A stretch of 60,984 nt of DNA, filler included. It is 7 parts of 7 records of this genome, joined end to end, with 100 filler letters (N's around TTAATTAATTAA, not from the genome) between each part and the next. Parts side by side here need not be neighbours in the genome. Positions count along the whole stretch, not along the records: positions 1 to 11,508 come from SRR31156797_54987; 6 more parts are not named here. One strand, 5' to 3'. Numbering within the stretch: position 1 is the first letter of the stretch; each line of letters begins with the position of its first letter. Made by a program: the position numbers and the translations under genes. Below are positions 1 through 9,900 of this stretch, piece after piece. The notes under the pieces are model-generated. The model made no database searches, was not told the origin of the DNA, and saw nothing but the letters and a program-made list of their open reading frames with translations.

Positions 1-75
1 CAGCATCTGGAGCCAATCCAGATAAGCGGCGCTGCTGGTTGACGAACGAACGTAAATGCTTGTATTAATGCCCAT
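1..75 (-). CDS. frdC: 5' fragment of probable fumarate reductase/succinate dehydrogenase cytochrome b subunit (runs off window)
   Basis: Hand translation MGINTSIYVRSSTSSAAYLDWLQML with RBS GAAGGAG upstream. The 'AYLDWLQML' segment resembles deltaproteobacterial FrdC N-termini. Only 25 codons visible. Confidence 0.5.
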   Translation of the reverse strand, partial: MGINTSIYVRSSTSSAAYLDWLQML

Positions 76-309
76 ATGCTCTCCTTCACCCCCAAAGGTC
101 TCATTTGATTGCGCCGTTTCATCTCAACAATGGAATTATTTATAAATTAAGATGCATATCATTGCAACCCATTCTTTTTCGTTTTTTCCTGCTTCCTTAC
201 CCGTAACTTTCCATCCATCACTGTCAAAATCAAGCCAAAAGCTTGCACCGATTAGAGGACTGATTTATAGTGTTCTGAAAATTCAAACTGAAATACAAAA
301 CACAGTGAT

Positions 310-3300
310 ATGTTTCTAACAAAATTTGCCATTGAGCGTCCCATCGTGGTCCGCATGGCCTTTTTCCTTATTGTGGTTTTCGGGATTTATTCCTACAAGG
401 CCATGCCCAAGTTCCTGGATCCCGATATCACCGTGGGAGAAGGGGTCATTTTCACCATATGTCCCGGGTTTTCCGCCGAGGAAATGGAAAAACTCGTCAC
501 GAAAAAAATTGAGGACGAACTGGAAGGGATCTCCGATATCAGACGTTTCGAATCCCGTTCCTTTGAAAGCACCTCCAACATCCATGTTTTTTTCAATACC
601 GATCTCAATGAATACCATATTGATCAGGCCATGCAGGAGGTCAGAAATGCTGTGGACAGCGTGGACGAACTCCCCGAAGATGCGAAAATACCGCGGGTCC
701 TGGAGATCGACATCGCTATTTTTCCCGTATGCATGGTGGGGCTGGCAGGGCCCTTGCCCATGATGCAGCTTCAGGACATTGCAGAGGATATTTCCGACAC
801 CCTTGAAAATATCAACGGGGTTTCAGAGGTCAATATCGTGGGAGAGCGGGAGAACGAAATCTGGGTGGAACTGAACCCCCACCGCATGTCCACCCACGGT
901 ATTTCCGTCGCCGAAGTTGCCAATGCCCTGGCCGCCCGCATGCGGAACCTTCCCGGCGGAACACTGGAGATGGGTGACCATGAGGCGGCCATCCGAATGC
1001 TGGGCGAAACGCCCCATCCCGATACCATGGGCGACATTGCCATAAAAAGCGTCAAGGGGGCAACGGTTTACCTTCGTGACATCGCCCATATAAACCCCAC
1101 TTTGGAAATGCCGCGGACCCTGACCCAGATCAACAATGAAAACGCCCTGGTGCTATCCATCAAAAGGAAAAAAAGCGTCAACATGATTCAGATCGTCAAT
1201 GATGTGAAAGCCACCATGAAAAACCTGCAGGGCAACTATCCGGGCCTTAAAACAACCCTTTATTTCGACCAGTCCCGGGAAATCAAAAAACGCATCAAGG
1301 AACTCCAGGTCAACGGACTGTTGGGGATCTGCCTGGTTTTCCTGATCCTGTGGACCGCCATGGGACTCAGGAATGCCCTTTTTGCTTCCGTGGGCATCCC
1401 CATCGCCTTTCTATTGACATTTGTTCTCATGAATGCTTTCGGACTCTCCATCAACGCGTTGACCCTTTTCGGCTTGATTCTGGTTTTGGGTATCGTGGTG
1501 GACGATGCCATCGTCGTTCTTGAAAATATTTTTCGTCACAATGAGATGGGAAAACCGATCATAAAAGCCACCCTGGACGGCAGTCGTCAGGTTCTGGCTC
1601 CGGTTGCGGCCTCCGTTTCCACAACCATCGCCGCCTTTCTCCCGATTCTGATCATGGTGGGCGGCATTATCGGCCGATACATGGCAGGCCTCCCCAAGGT
1701 GGTCATATTTGCGCTTGCGGCATCCCTTTTTGAAGTTTTTTTTATGCTTCCTTCACACATGGTGGAGTTGGCGCCCAAAACCGCCCGAACAGGCGGCTCG
1801 AAACGTCGTTTTGATATTTTCAGGCCCATCCGCAGGGTTTACTACCCCATACTGAGGTCGGTTCTCAGGCACCGGTATCTGTCGGTGCTTTTTATCGTCC
1901 TGGCCACGGGCATGGCTTTCATCCTCTACTTTCAGACCGATTTCATCATGTTCCCCAAGAGCGACGTGTTCCCGAGGTTCAACATTCATTTTGACATGCC
2001 GGCGGGATCAAGTCTGGATCGCACGCAAAAAACCCTCATGGCCCTGACGGACGTACTCAACGATCGCATTGGTGAGGAATTGGCGGCGCCCATTGCCGTA
2101 GCGGGAATGAAAGAAGTCAACTACGCGCCCATATACGGGAAACACTTCGGTATACTCAATGTGATCCTTAAAGAGGAAAAAGACCGGAAACATTCGGTTG
2201 TGGAACTGATGGAAAGTGTCCGTGGAGATGTGGAAAAACTACTCACGGAAAAAGGCGCCACCGCCTTTGTTCTGGAAAGGCTCATTGAAGGGCCGCCCGT
2301 GGGGACCGACCTGGATTTAAAAATTCAGTCCCCGTCATGGGAAATGTCATCCGCCATTTCGGAACTGATTCAAAAAGAGTTGGGCCGCCACAAGGGCATT
2401 GTGGACATTCAGGACGATTTTTCCCGGGAAAAGCATTTCATGGAGATCACCGTTGATGAAGGCAAAGCCAGAAAACTGGGGATTCGGCAACAGGACCTGG
2501 TCATGGCGGTTCAGGCCGGTTTTCACGGGATGAAAGTAGCCACTTACAACCGGGGCGACAACGAGCAGGACATCAAATTGAAATACCTGCCCCAGTATCG
2601 GTCCGATTTCGACGACCTGGTCAATCTGAAAATTGTCATCCCCGGCCACGGAGACGTCCCACTCAAGGAAGTGGCTGAGATAGAACTGGTTCCCGGTTTT
2701 CATAACATTTATCACTATAATGGAAAACAAACCGTCAATCTGACGGCCAATATCCGGGAAACCGTTCAGAAAAAGGAGGGGCTGAGCGGGTTTCTGTCAA
2801 ACCTGGAAGGAAAAAAGATGACTGCGGTCAGGGCCAATAAAATCGCCATGGACGCCTTTGATCGCATGAAACATGAATTCCCGGGCGCCAGACTCATCGC
2901 GGGGGGGCTTCAGGAGGAGACGGACGCATCCCTGAAGGAATTGGGTTATGCGGCTCTCATGGCCCTCTTTTTCATCTTTTTCATTCTCTCCCTCCAGTTC
3001 AACTCCTTTACACAACCCTTCATTATCATGGTCACCATCCCGTTTGCGTCCCTGGGGGTCCTCATCGGGTTGCTGGTAAGCAACAATCCCCTGACCTTCA
3101 TCACCCTCATAGGGCTATTGACCCTCACCGGTATTGTGGTCAACGACTCCCTGGTCCTGATTGATTTTATCAACCGATACCGGAAGGAACATCCCGACCG
3201 CATATACCTTGCCATCGTTCGGGCCTGCCATGTGCGCATGCGGCCCATCATGCTTACCAGCATCACCACCATCTGCGGACTGGCTCCCATGGCTTTCGGG

Positions 3301-3534
3301 GTCGGCGGAAAATCCGTTTTCTGGGCGCCGTTGGCCACGGCCATCATGTGGGGTCTGGCCTTTGCCACTTTTCTCATCCTTTCCATGGTGCCCGCATATT
3401 ATGCCATCCTGGACGATATCGGTTTTTTCATTCGAAACCGTAAACGGAGAAAAGCGAATATTTTAAGTGACATTGATGCAGCGTTTGAACATTCGGACCT
3501 GAAACCTTATATTAAAGCCAAAAGAAGCCATTAG
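310..3534 (+). CDS. RND efflux transporter permease (AcrB/AcrD/AcrF family)
   Basis: 1074 aa. 'FAIERP' start, TM4 'LGIVVDDAIVVLEN', 'GIVVNDSLVLID', 'RMRPIMLTS', two large periplasmic loops. Confidence 0.95.
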   Translation: MFLTKFAIERPIVVRMAFFLIVVFGIYSYKAMPKFLDPDITVGEGVIFTICPGFSAEEMEKLVTKKIEDELEGISDIRRFESRSFESTSNIHVFFNTDLNEYHIDQAMQEVRNAVDSVDELPEDAKIPRVLEIDIAIFPVCMVGLAGPLPMMQLQDIAEDISDTLENINGVSEVNIVGERENEIWVELNPHRMSTHGISVAEVANALAARMRNLPGGTLEMGDHEAAIRMLGETPHPDTMGDIAIKSVKGATVYLRDIAHINPTLEMPRTLTQINNENALVLSIKRKKSVNMIQIVNDVKATMKNLQGNYPGLKTTLYFDQSREIKKRIKELQVNGLLGICLVFLILWTAMGLRNALFASVGIPIAFLLTFVLMNAFGLSINALTLFGLILVLGIVVDDAIVVLENIFRHNEMGKPIIKATLDGSRQVLAPVAASVSTTIAAFLPILIMVGGIIGRYMAGLPKVVIFALAASLFEVFFMLPSHMVELAPKTARTGGSKRRFDIFRPIRRVYYPILRSVLRHRYLSVLFIVLATGMAFILYFQTDFIMFPKSDVFPRFNIHFDMPAGSSLDRTQKTLMALTDVLNDRIGEELAAPIAVAGMKEVNYAPIYGKHFGILNVILKEEKDRKHSVVELMESVRGDVEKLLTEKGATAFVLERLIEGPPVGTDLDLKIQSPSWEMSSAISELIQKELGRHKGIVDIQDDFSREKHFMEITVDEGKARKLGIRQQDLVMAVQAGFHGMKVATYNRGDNEQDIKLKYLPQYRSDFDDLVNLKIVIPGHGDVPLKEVAEIELVPGFHNIYHYNGKQTVNLTANIRETVQKKEGLSGFLSNLEGKKMTAVRANKIAMDAFDRMKHEFPGARLIAGGLQEETDASLKELGYAALMALFFIFFILSLQFNSFTQPFIIMVTIPFASLGVLIGLLVSNNPLTFITLIGLLTLTGIVVNDSLVLIDFINRYRKEHPDRIYLAIVRACHVRMRPIMLTSITTICGLAPMAFGVGGKSVFWAPLATAIMWGLAFATFLILSMVPAYYAILDDIGFFIRNRKRRKANILSDIDAAFEHSDLKPYIKAKRSH

Positions 3535-3579
3535 CTGTTGGCTGTTGGCAAAACACTTGAATGAAAGGTCGCAAACAAA

Positions 3580-3888
3580 ATGGCTGGAAAGATCAAAAAT
3601 GATACCTGGCTCTGGCTCGTGGCGGAGAACCCGGATAAAAATGAACAGTTTCTGGGGCAGATTGACAGTGAAAACGACATTTCCTTTCTCCCGGCATTTC
3701 TTGAAAAGGATACGGCCCTCCAGGGGTTGCATCTTTTGGTTCGGGACAAGACCGTAAAATTTGAAATACAGGCCATTCAATACAGGGATCTGGCACCGAA
3801 ACTGGCCGAAGAAGGGTTTTTCCTGTTTGTTCTGGATGCGGAAGGGAATGTGCTTGAAAAAATCAACCCCCGGCGTCAAGATGCCTGA
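3580..3888 (+). CDS. hypothetical protein
   Basis: 102 aa ORF co-oriented between the RND gene and lipB, overlapping the lipB start. Confidence 0.7.
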   Translation: MAGKIKNDTWLWLVAENPDKNEQFLGQIDSENDISFLPAFLEKDTALQGLHLLVRDKTVKFEIQAIQYRDLAPKLAEEGFFLFVLDAEGNVLEKINPRRQDA

Positions 3889-4579
3889 CCCCATCTATTC
3901 GGATTTGAACCAAATGGAATATGAGGCGTGCCTGAACCTGCAGTATGCCGTCCATGGGGCACGGGTTGAAGGTCTGCTGCCGGACACCCTTCTTCTGGTG
4001 GAACATCCCCACGTGCTCACATTTGGACGGCGGGCCCATGAGGAAAATGTTCTGGTATCCGAATCCGCCCTTCAGCAACAGGGGATCACGTGTGTCCACA
4101 TTGAACGGGGGGGTGATGTGACCTATCATGGTCCGGGGCAGCTGCTGGCCTATCCGATTTTTGCCCTTGAAAAATGCGGCATCGGGGTTCTCGATTTCGT
4201 GGAAAAACTGGAAGGGGTGATGATTCGGATTTTAAAGGATTACGGCATCACGGGTGAAAGGAACAAACGGAATCGCGGGGTCTGGGTGGGGAGCAAAAAA
4301 ATCGGTTTTGTGGGGATTGCAGTTCGAAAAGGGGTCTCTTTTCACGGGCTGGCCCTGAATGTAGACCCTGATCTGAGCTTTTTTCAAATGATAAACCCCT
4401 GCGGGCTTAAAAAAGTTCAAATCACCTCCATGGCCGATCTCCTCGGAAAAAAAGTTTCTCCGGCCAAAATTAAAGATCTTGCCATATTCCATTTTCAGGA
4501 AATCTTTGATATGACCCTGGAGCAGGTTAAACCGAATGATTTTCAGGCAAGGTTATATGAAAAACAGAATGATGAATGA
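3881..4579 (+). CDS. lipB: lipoyl(octanoyl) transferase
   Basis: 'LLLVEHPHVLTFGR', 'RGGDVTYHGPGQL', 'HGLALNV', 'INPCG'. ATG 3881 chosen. Confidence 0.95.
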   Translation: MPDPIYSDLNQMEYEACLNLQYAVHGARVEGLLPDTLLLVEHPHVLTFGRRAHEENVLVSESALQQQGITCVHIERGGDVTYHGPGQLLAYPIFALEKCGIGVLDFVEKLEGVMIRILKDYGITGERNKRNRGVWVGSKKIGFVGIAVRKGVSFHGLALNVDPDLSFFQMINPCGLKKVQITSMADLLGKKVSPAKIKDLAIFHFQEIFDMTLEQVKPNDFQARLYEKQNDE

Positions 4580-5450
4580 AACAAAAAAAACGGGGTCCAC
4601 AAAACCCCCATGGCTGAAGAAACGGCTCTCCTCGGGCCATGGCTATCAGAGGGTCGTGAAACTTCTCAGGGAATGCAGCCTTCATACGGTCTGCGAAGAG
4701 GCGCTCTGCCCCAATCTGGGAGAGTGCTTTTCGAACGGCACCGCCACCTTCATGATCCTGGGGGATCACTGCACCCGAAACTGCCGTTTTTGCGCCGTGC
4801 TTCATGGTCTACCCGAACCGCCGGACGAAAAGGAGCCTCAAATGGTAGCCGACGCCATCAAGACCCTGGGACTTCGGTATGCGGTGGTCACATCCGTCAC
4901 CCGTGACGATCTTCCGGACGGCGGCGCAGGACATTTTGCCGAGACCATTTCGGCCATCAAGAACAAAAATCCCGGGACTCAAGTGGAAGTGCTGATTCCG
5001 GATTTTGAAGGTTCCGCCAAGGATCTCAAGACCGTGGTAGCGGCAGCCCCCCATGTGCTCAACCACAACGTGGAAACCGTTCCCAGGCTTTACCCGCAGG
5101 TCAGGCCGCAGGCGGACTACCGGAGATCCTTGCAGCTGATTCAAAAGGTGGGCGAAATGGATGCCCATATGGCGAGCAAGTCCGGCCTCATGCTGGGCCT
5201 CGGGGAGACCCATAAAGAAATACGCCGGGTGTTACAAGATCTCCTGACAGCGGGGTGTAAGCTCCTGACCCTGGGCCAGTATCTGGCACCTTCCAAAGAC
5301 CACCACCCCATTATGGAATATATTCCGCCCGATCAATTTGTGAAATGGGAAGAAACCGCCTATGAGATGGGTTTTCAGGGCGTAGCCTCAGGCCCCTTTG
5401 TCCGCAGTTCATTCCATGCGGGAGAGATGTTTGAGAAAATGAACCCTTGA
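4569..5450 (+). CDS. lipA: lipoyl synthase
   Basis: 'KPPWLK', CEEALCPNLGEC auxiliary cluster motif, CTRNCRFC radical SAM motif, 'VRSSFHA'. Confidence 0.97.
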   Translation: MMNETKKTGSTKPPWLKKRLSSGHGYQRVVKLLRECSLHTVCEEALCPNLGECFSNGTATFMILGDHCTRNCRFCAVLHGLPEPPDEKEPQMVADAIKTLGLRYAVVTSVTRDDLPDGGAGHFAETISAIKNKNPGTQVEVLIPDFEGSAKDLKTVVAAAPHVLNHNVETVPRLYPQVRPQADYRRSLQLIQKVGEMDAHMASKSGLMLGLGETHKEIRRVLQDLLTAGCKLLTLGQYLAPSKDHHPIMEYIPPDQFVKWEETAYEMGFQGVASGPFVRSSFHAGEMFEKMNP

Positions 5451-5453
5451 AGG

Positions 5454-5482
5454 TCTCACGCAAAGGCGCAAAGCCGCGAAGT
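5454..5482. repeat. REP-like short intergenic element (TCTCACGCAAAGGCGCAAAGCCGCGAAG)
   Basis: Internal CGCAAAG repeated at 9-nt period. From recall it matches a dispersed repeat common in Desulfobacterota/Planctomycetota; single copy in this window. Confidence 0.5.
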
Positions 5483-5534
5483 TTTAAGGGCATTTCCCCG
5501 GTGATTCTTTCATAATTTCCTTTATCGGCAATAT

Positions 5535-5831
5535 TTGCATTCCATGACGGATCGTAAGAATAGAAAGTTGTTTCTTTTCAATACGATAAATAATGCGGTT
5601 GCGGGCAAAAAAGCCGAGCATCATTTCAATGAAGCAATTCTAATGGCGAAGGAAATCGGGGCCAAAGGCATTTGGGGGCAGTCCTGTCTGGCTCTTGGTC
5701 GATTGCACGAGCTGAAAGGGAGGAAGGAGAAAGCTTTACAATCCTTTACCGAGGCAATTAACGCATTTGAACAATGCGGGGCCAAGACCCACCTGAAACG
5801 AGCCAAGGAAACCTTGGCGTCTTTGGGGTAG
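5535..5831 (+). pseudogene. isolated C-terminal TPR segment resembling the tail of cyclase/AAA/TPR proteins
   Basis: 'AEHHFNEAILMAKEIGAKG...LALGRLH...A...FTEAINAFEQCGA...AKETLASLG' TPR helices; no convincing start or RBS. Confidence 0.55.
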
Positions 5832-5901
5832 ATGTCAACTCTCCTGAAAAAGTTGACGGTACGGTTAAAGCGCTGTATCTTTGTTTCAGGAGGTTCAGGA
5901 T

Positions 5902-6150
5902 ATGGCCACACTCGCTTTTGACACGTTGGCATACTCAAAAAAACTGAAAGCCGCTGGCGTTCCTGAAGAGCAGGCCGAAATACAAGCTGAGGCTTTTGCT
6001 GAAATTATCGAGGAACGATTGGCCACAAAACAAGATATCATCATGTTGCAGCGTGACATGAAAGAGCTGGAAATGCGCCTCACCATCCGCCTGGGACTCA
6101 TGATGGCCGCATCCATCGCCGTCGTAGCCGCCCTGCTCAAGCTGTTATAA
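5902..6150 (+). CDS. DUF1640/CCDC90-like small coiled-coil membrane protein
   Basis: 'FDTLAYSKKLKAAGVPEEQAE...LATKQDI...LEMRLTIRLG' plus C-terminal TM helix; AGGA upstream. Confidence 0.85.
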   Translation: MATLAFDTLAYSKKLKAAGVPEEQAEIQAEAFAEIIEERLATKQDIIMLQRDMKELEMRLTIRLGLMMAASIAVVAALLKLL

Positions 6151-6320
6151 ACCAGCTGACCGTTGCCGCCCTCTACTTCCGGGACAACCGGTGTCTCCGC
6201 CGGGTTAGGACCTCGGTCAGACAAAAGTTGCCGGCTTAACATTGAATCTGTCCGCCAAAGCCCTGATTTGATGAAGGTTCAGGGGCCTTTTCCCGTTCAA
6301 TATCTCTGAAACAGTAGATT

Positions 6321-6452
6321 TTCCGCCAAGGGGCCTGTCTCTTCATCAAAAACGGACTCCATTGATTTAAGAGCCATTCAATAATCATTCGAAGTTCTGA
6401 TAACCTTCAGAGGATACCGATTATTTCCATCCATTCGATCCATGGCAGACAT
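6321..6452 (-). pseudogene. HigA-like antitoxin remnant with premature stop
   Basis: RBS AAGGAGG, then MSAMDRMDGNNRYPLKVIRTSNDY*MALKSMESVFDEETGPLAE. Resembles the HigA N-terminal 'I-x-T-x-x-D-Y-x-x-A-L' pattern and lies directly after higB. Confidence 0.6.
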
Positions 6453-6625
6453 TTTGTGTCCTCCTTCAAATCGAGCTTGTCATATTCATGGTGTGTTAAC
6501 AGATACTTTATCCACATTCTACCGGCTGCAAAGTTCACTCGAACAACCCATCTATATTTCCCTCCCCCGATGTTATAAACAGTGCATTCATTGACCAAGT
6601 CTGCGCTACCGAATGTTCTTTTCAA
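6407..6625 (-). pseudogene. higB: HigB-family toxin, N-terminally truncated
   Basis: 'ELKRTFGSADLV...TVYNIGGGKYRWVVRVNF...WIKYLLTHHEYDK' HigB signature; in-frame TGA just upstream, N-terminal third missing. Confidence 0.75.
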
Positions 6626-6934
6626 TTCGACTGCATATCAATTTTTGAGGCTTGGAAAGCATTTCAAAACCCGATTTTCCTTGACTTAAAACCCATTTTA
6701 GCATTTTATCACTAATAATTATTCACCAGAAAGCCCACCACCATGGAGGTTCTCTGTGGAAAACCCTTCGGAACTCCGCATGCCTATCTCCCGGAAAGGA
6801 CTCGTTCCGCCTATCGGGAACTCCCCATTTCTGCAGCATCTAATCTTAATCTCATATCCTTGCTTAGGAGAGAATGGGAGTTCTCCGGTCCACGGAGAAC
6901 AGTCTCCCTTTGAACTCAACCATGAGGCATCAAA

Positions 6935-9900
6935 ATGAAATGTCCAAAATGCCAAACCGAGCTTCCCGAGTCAGCCAATTTCTGTCTCAAATGCGGCCAT
7001 GGATTGAATATAGAAGAGCAGCCACCTGGATTTACCGTTACCCCTGATGCGGAACGAAAACGCGTCACCGCGCTTTTCTCCGATCTGACGGGTTACACGG
7101 CAATGACTGAACGGCTTGACCCGGAGGAAGTGAAAGAGATCACAGTCAGGATTTTTGATGAGGTGAAAACGGTCGTCCGAAAATACGAAGGCTTCATCGA
7201 AAAGTACGCGGGGGATGGCGTTCTGGCCCTATTCGGCGTACCCAAGGCACACGAGGACGACCCCATAAGGGCCATCCGGGCCGCACGGGAAATTCACGCG
7301 CTCGTTGAGGATTTGAGCCCTCGCTACAAAGTCAAGGTTGGCCGCTCTCTCTCAATGCACAGCGGGGTAAATACGGGTCTGGTGGTTACGGCGGACGTCA
7401 ATCCGGAAAAGGGAACGCACGGCGTCACGGGTGAGGCCATTAATGTGGCTGCCAGGCTGAGCGGCCTTGCAGGGGCCCGGGATATTCTGGTGGGGCCGGA
7501 TACCTACAGAGCATCTCAGAGTCACTTCTCTTTCCAACCCTTGAAGCCCGCAAAAGTAAAAGGCAAATCCGAACATATTTCCATCTACAAACTGCTTTCT
7601 GGAAATACCCCAACTGCCCGCGTCAGCCAGGAGATGCAGGTCTCTTCGGAAATGGTTGGCCGTGATCAGGAGCTTGCAAAACTGGAGCTTCATATACTGA
7701 AAGCCGTCAACGGCCAGGGCTCGGTGGTCAATGTCTTTGGAGAACCGGGGGTAGGGAAATCCAGGCTGTTGGCGGAATTAAGGCAGCGAGACGTGATCAG
7801 CAGGGTCAGCTTTCTGGAGGGCCGTTCCATCTCCATCGGGAAAAACCTGAGCTTCCACCCCATCATCGATCTATTCAAACAGTGGGCCAGGATAAAAGAG
7901 GATGATACACAGGCGGAAGCATCCAACAAGCTGGAAATCGCCATCCGCCGCGTATGTGGGGATGAAACAGACGAGGTGTTCCCCTTTGTGGCGACCCTTA
8001 TGGGGATGAAACTCTCGGGTAAACATTCCCAAAGGGTTGAAGGCATGGAAGGCGAGGCCCTGGAAAAACTCATTTTAAAGAATGTGCGCGAACTCCTGAT
8101 CAGGTCCGCGGCGCGCATTCCCATAGTGATCGTCATGGAAGACCTTCACTGGGCCGACACGACCTCTCTGGAACTCCTTGAATCGGTCTTTCGCCTGACC
8201 CAGGCTCACCGGGTTGTATTCATCAATGTTTTTCGTCCCGGATACTGGCAGGGAGATGACAGAAAAGTCGAGACGTTGTCCGAGTGGCTCCCTGATGCCG
8301 ATTTTGTCGAGGTTGCCATAAAACCGCTGGACAGGCAATCGGGAGAGGCTCTGGTTAATAATATGCTACAGGTCAAGGGACTCCCATTTGCGGTTAAGCA
8401 GCAGATTGTGGACCGGTCCGGGGGCAATCCGTTTTTTATGGAGGAGGTTGTACGTTCGCTTATGGATGAAGGTGCAATCGTGAAAACAAACGGGGCCTTT
8501 GAGGTTACCGAGAAGATTGATCGTGTAGTAATTCCGACAACCATCAACGACGTGCTCACGGCCAGAATAGACCGATTAGAGAAGCAAACGCGAGGCCTCA
8601 TCAAGGTCGCATCCGTCATAGGTAGAAGTTTTTTCGACAGGATTTTGAAAGACGTTGCTGACTCCATTGAAGGAATTGATGAAAGGCTCGCGCATCTCAA
8701 GGAGGTTCAGTTTATCCGAGACCGAACGAGGATGGAGGAACTTGAACATTTGTTCAAACATGCACTGGCGCAGGAAGCCGCCTATGAATCCACCCTCCTA
8801 CAACAGCGCAAAGCCATTCATTATAAGGTGGCCCAATCCATTGAGAAGGTTTTCGAAGAACGGCTTCATGAATTTTACGGCATGTTGGCCTTTCACTACA
8901 ACAAGGCTGAAGACATGGAAAAGTCTGAGGAATACATGACCAAAGCGGGAGAAGAGGCGCTGCGGTCCTCCGCTTCGAGTGAGGCACTTCACTATTTTCA
9001 GGAAGCGTTGCAGCTTTATAATGCCAAATATGGCGATAATGCTGATCCAGCGAAACTCGCAAATTTCGAGAAGAATATTGCCATCGCGTTACATAACAAG
9101 GGGCAATGGTCAGAGTCAGTGAGCCATTTTGACAAAGTTTTGAAACGTTGGGGAACACCGTTGCCGAAAAAAGGGCTCTTTGGAATGGTAAAGCTATCTT
9201 GGGATCTGCTGGCAATGATGAAAATGATTTACTTGAAGTTTCCTAATTCAAATAGAATACCGGAGGGGCGAGACAAGGAAATCTTTGAATTGTATTATAA
9301 AATGGGAACAGCGCTCGCATATTTTGATAATACCCGGCAGTTCCAAGTTGTGATGGCCATCCTGAAACACGTGACGAGATTCGATTTATCAAAAATCCCC
9401 AAGGTATCGGGTTTTTTGGCTAGTTTCGCAGCTATCTTTTCCCTTACAGGGTTATCCTTTAAGCTGAGCAACAGATTGTTGGAAGTTTCGCAGCGATATA
9501 GAGTTGAAGAGAACGTCTGGGATCGGATGCAATATGATTGTTTCGGTACTATGATCCAGCACTGTCAGGGTTCCTGGGGAAAAATTCGAGATCTGAATGA
9601 AGACCTATTAAATTCTTCACTAAGAATCGGTGATTATTGGCATGTACCAAATTATTTGTGGTGTTTTGGCCTTATAAAAGGGGAACAAGGTGACTTCGAG
9701 TACCTTATGAACGTAATAGACAAATTGCACGAGATCGGAGAGGCCTATGACAACCCATTGCCCATTCGTCAAGCTAGAATGCTGAAAACGGATTATCTTT
9801 TAAGGTCGCGCAATGTCCATAGGGCACTTGAGGAGGCTGAACAAGGGATTACGTATTATCAAGAGAATGGCCTGGAACTTCAGGTAATATTTTTCTCGGG

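Noticed and set aside
5454-5482. GCAAA motifs as a c-di-GMP riboswitch
   Set aside because: No GAAA tetraloop or P1/P2 architecture; better explained as a REP-like repeat.
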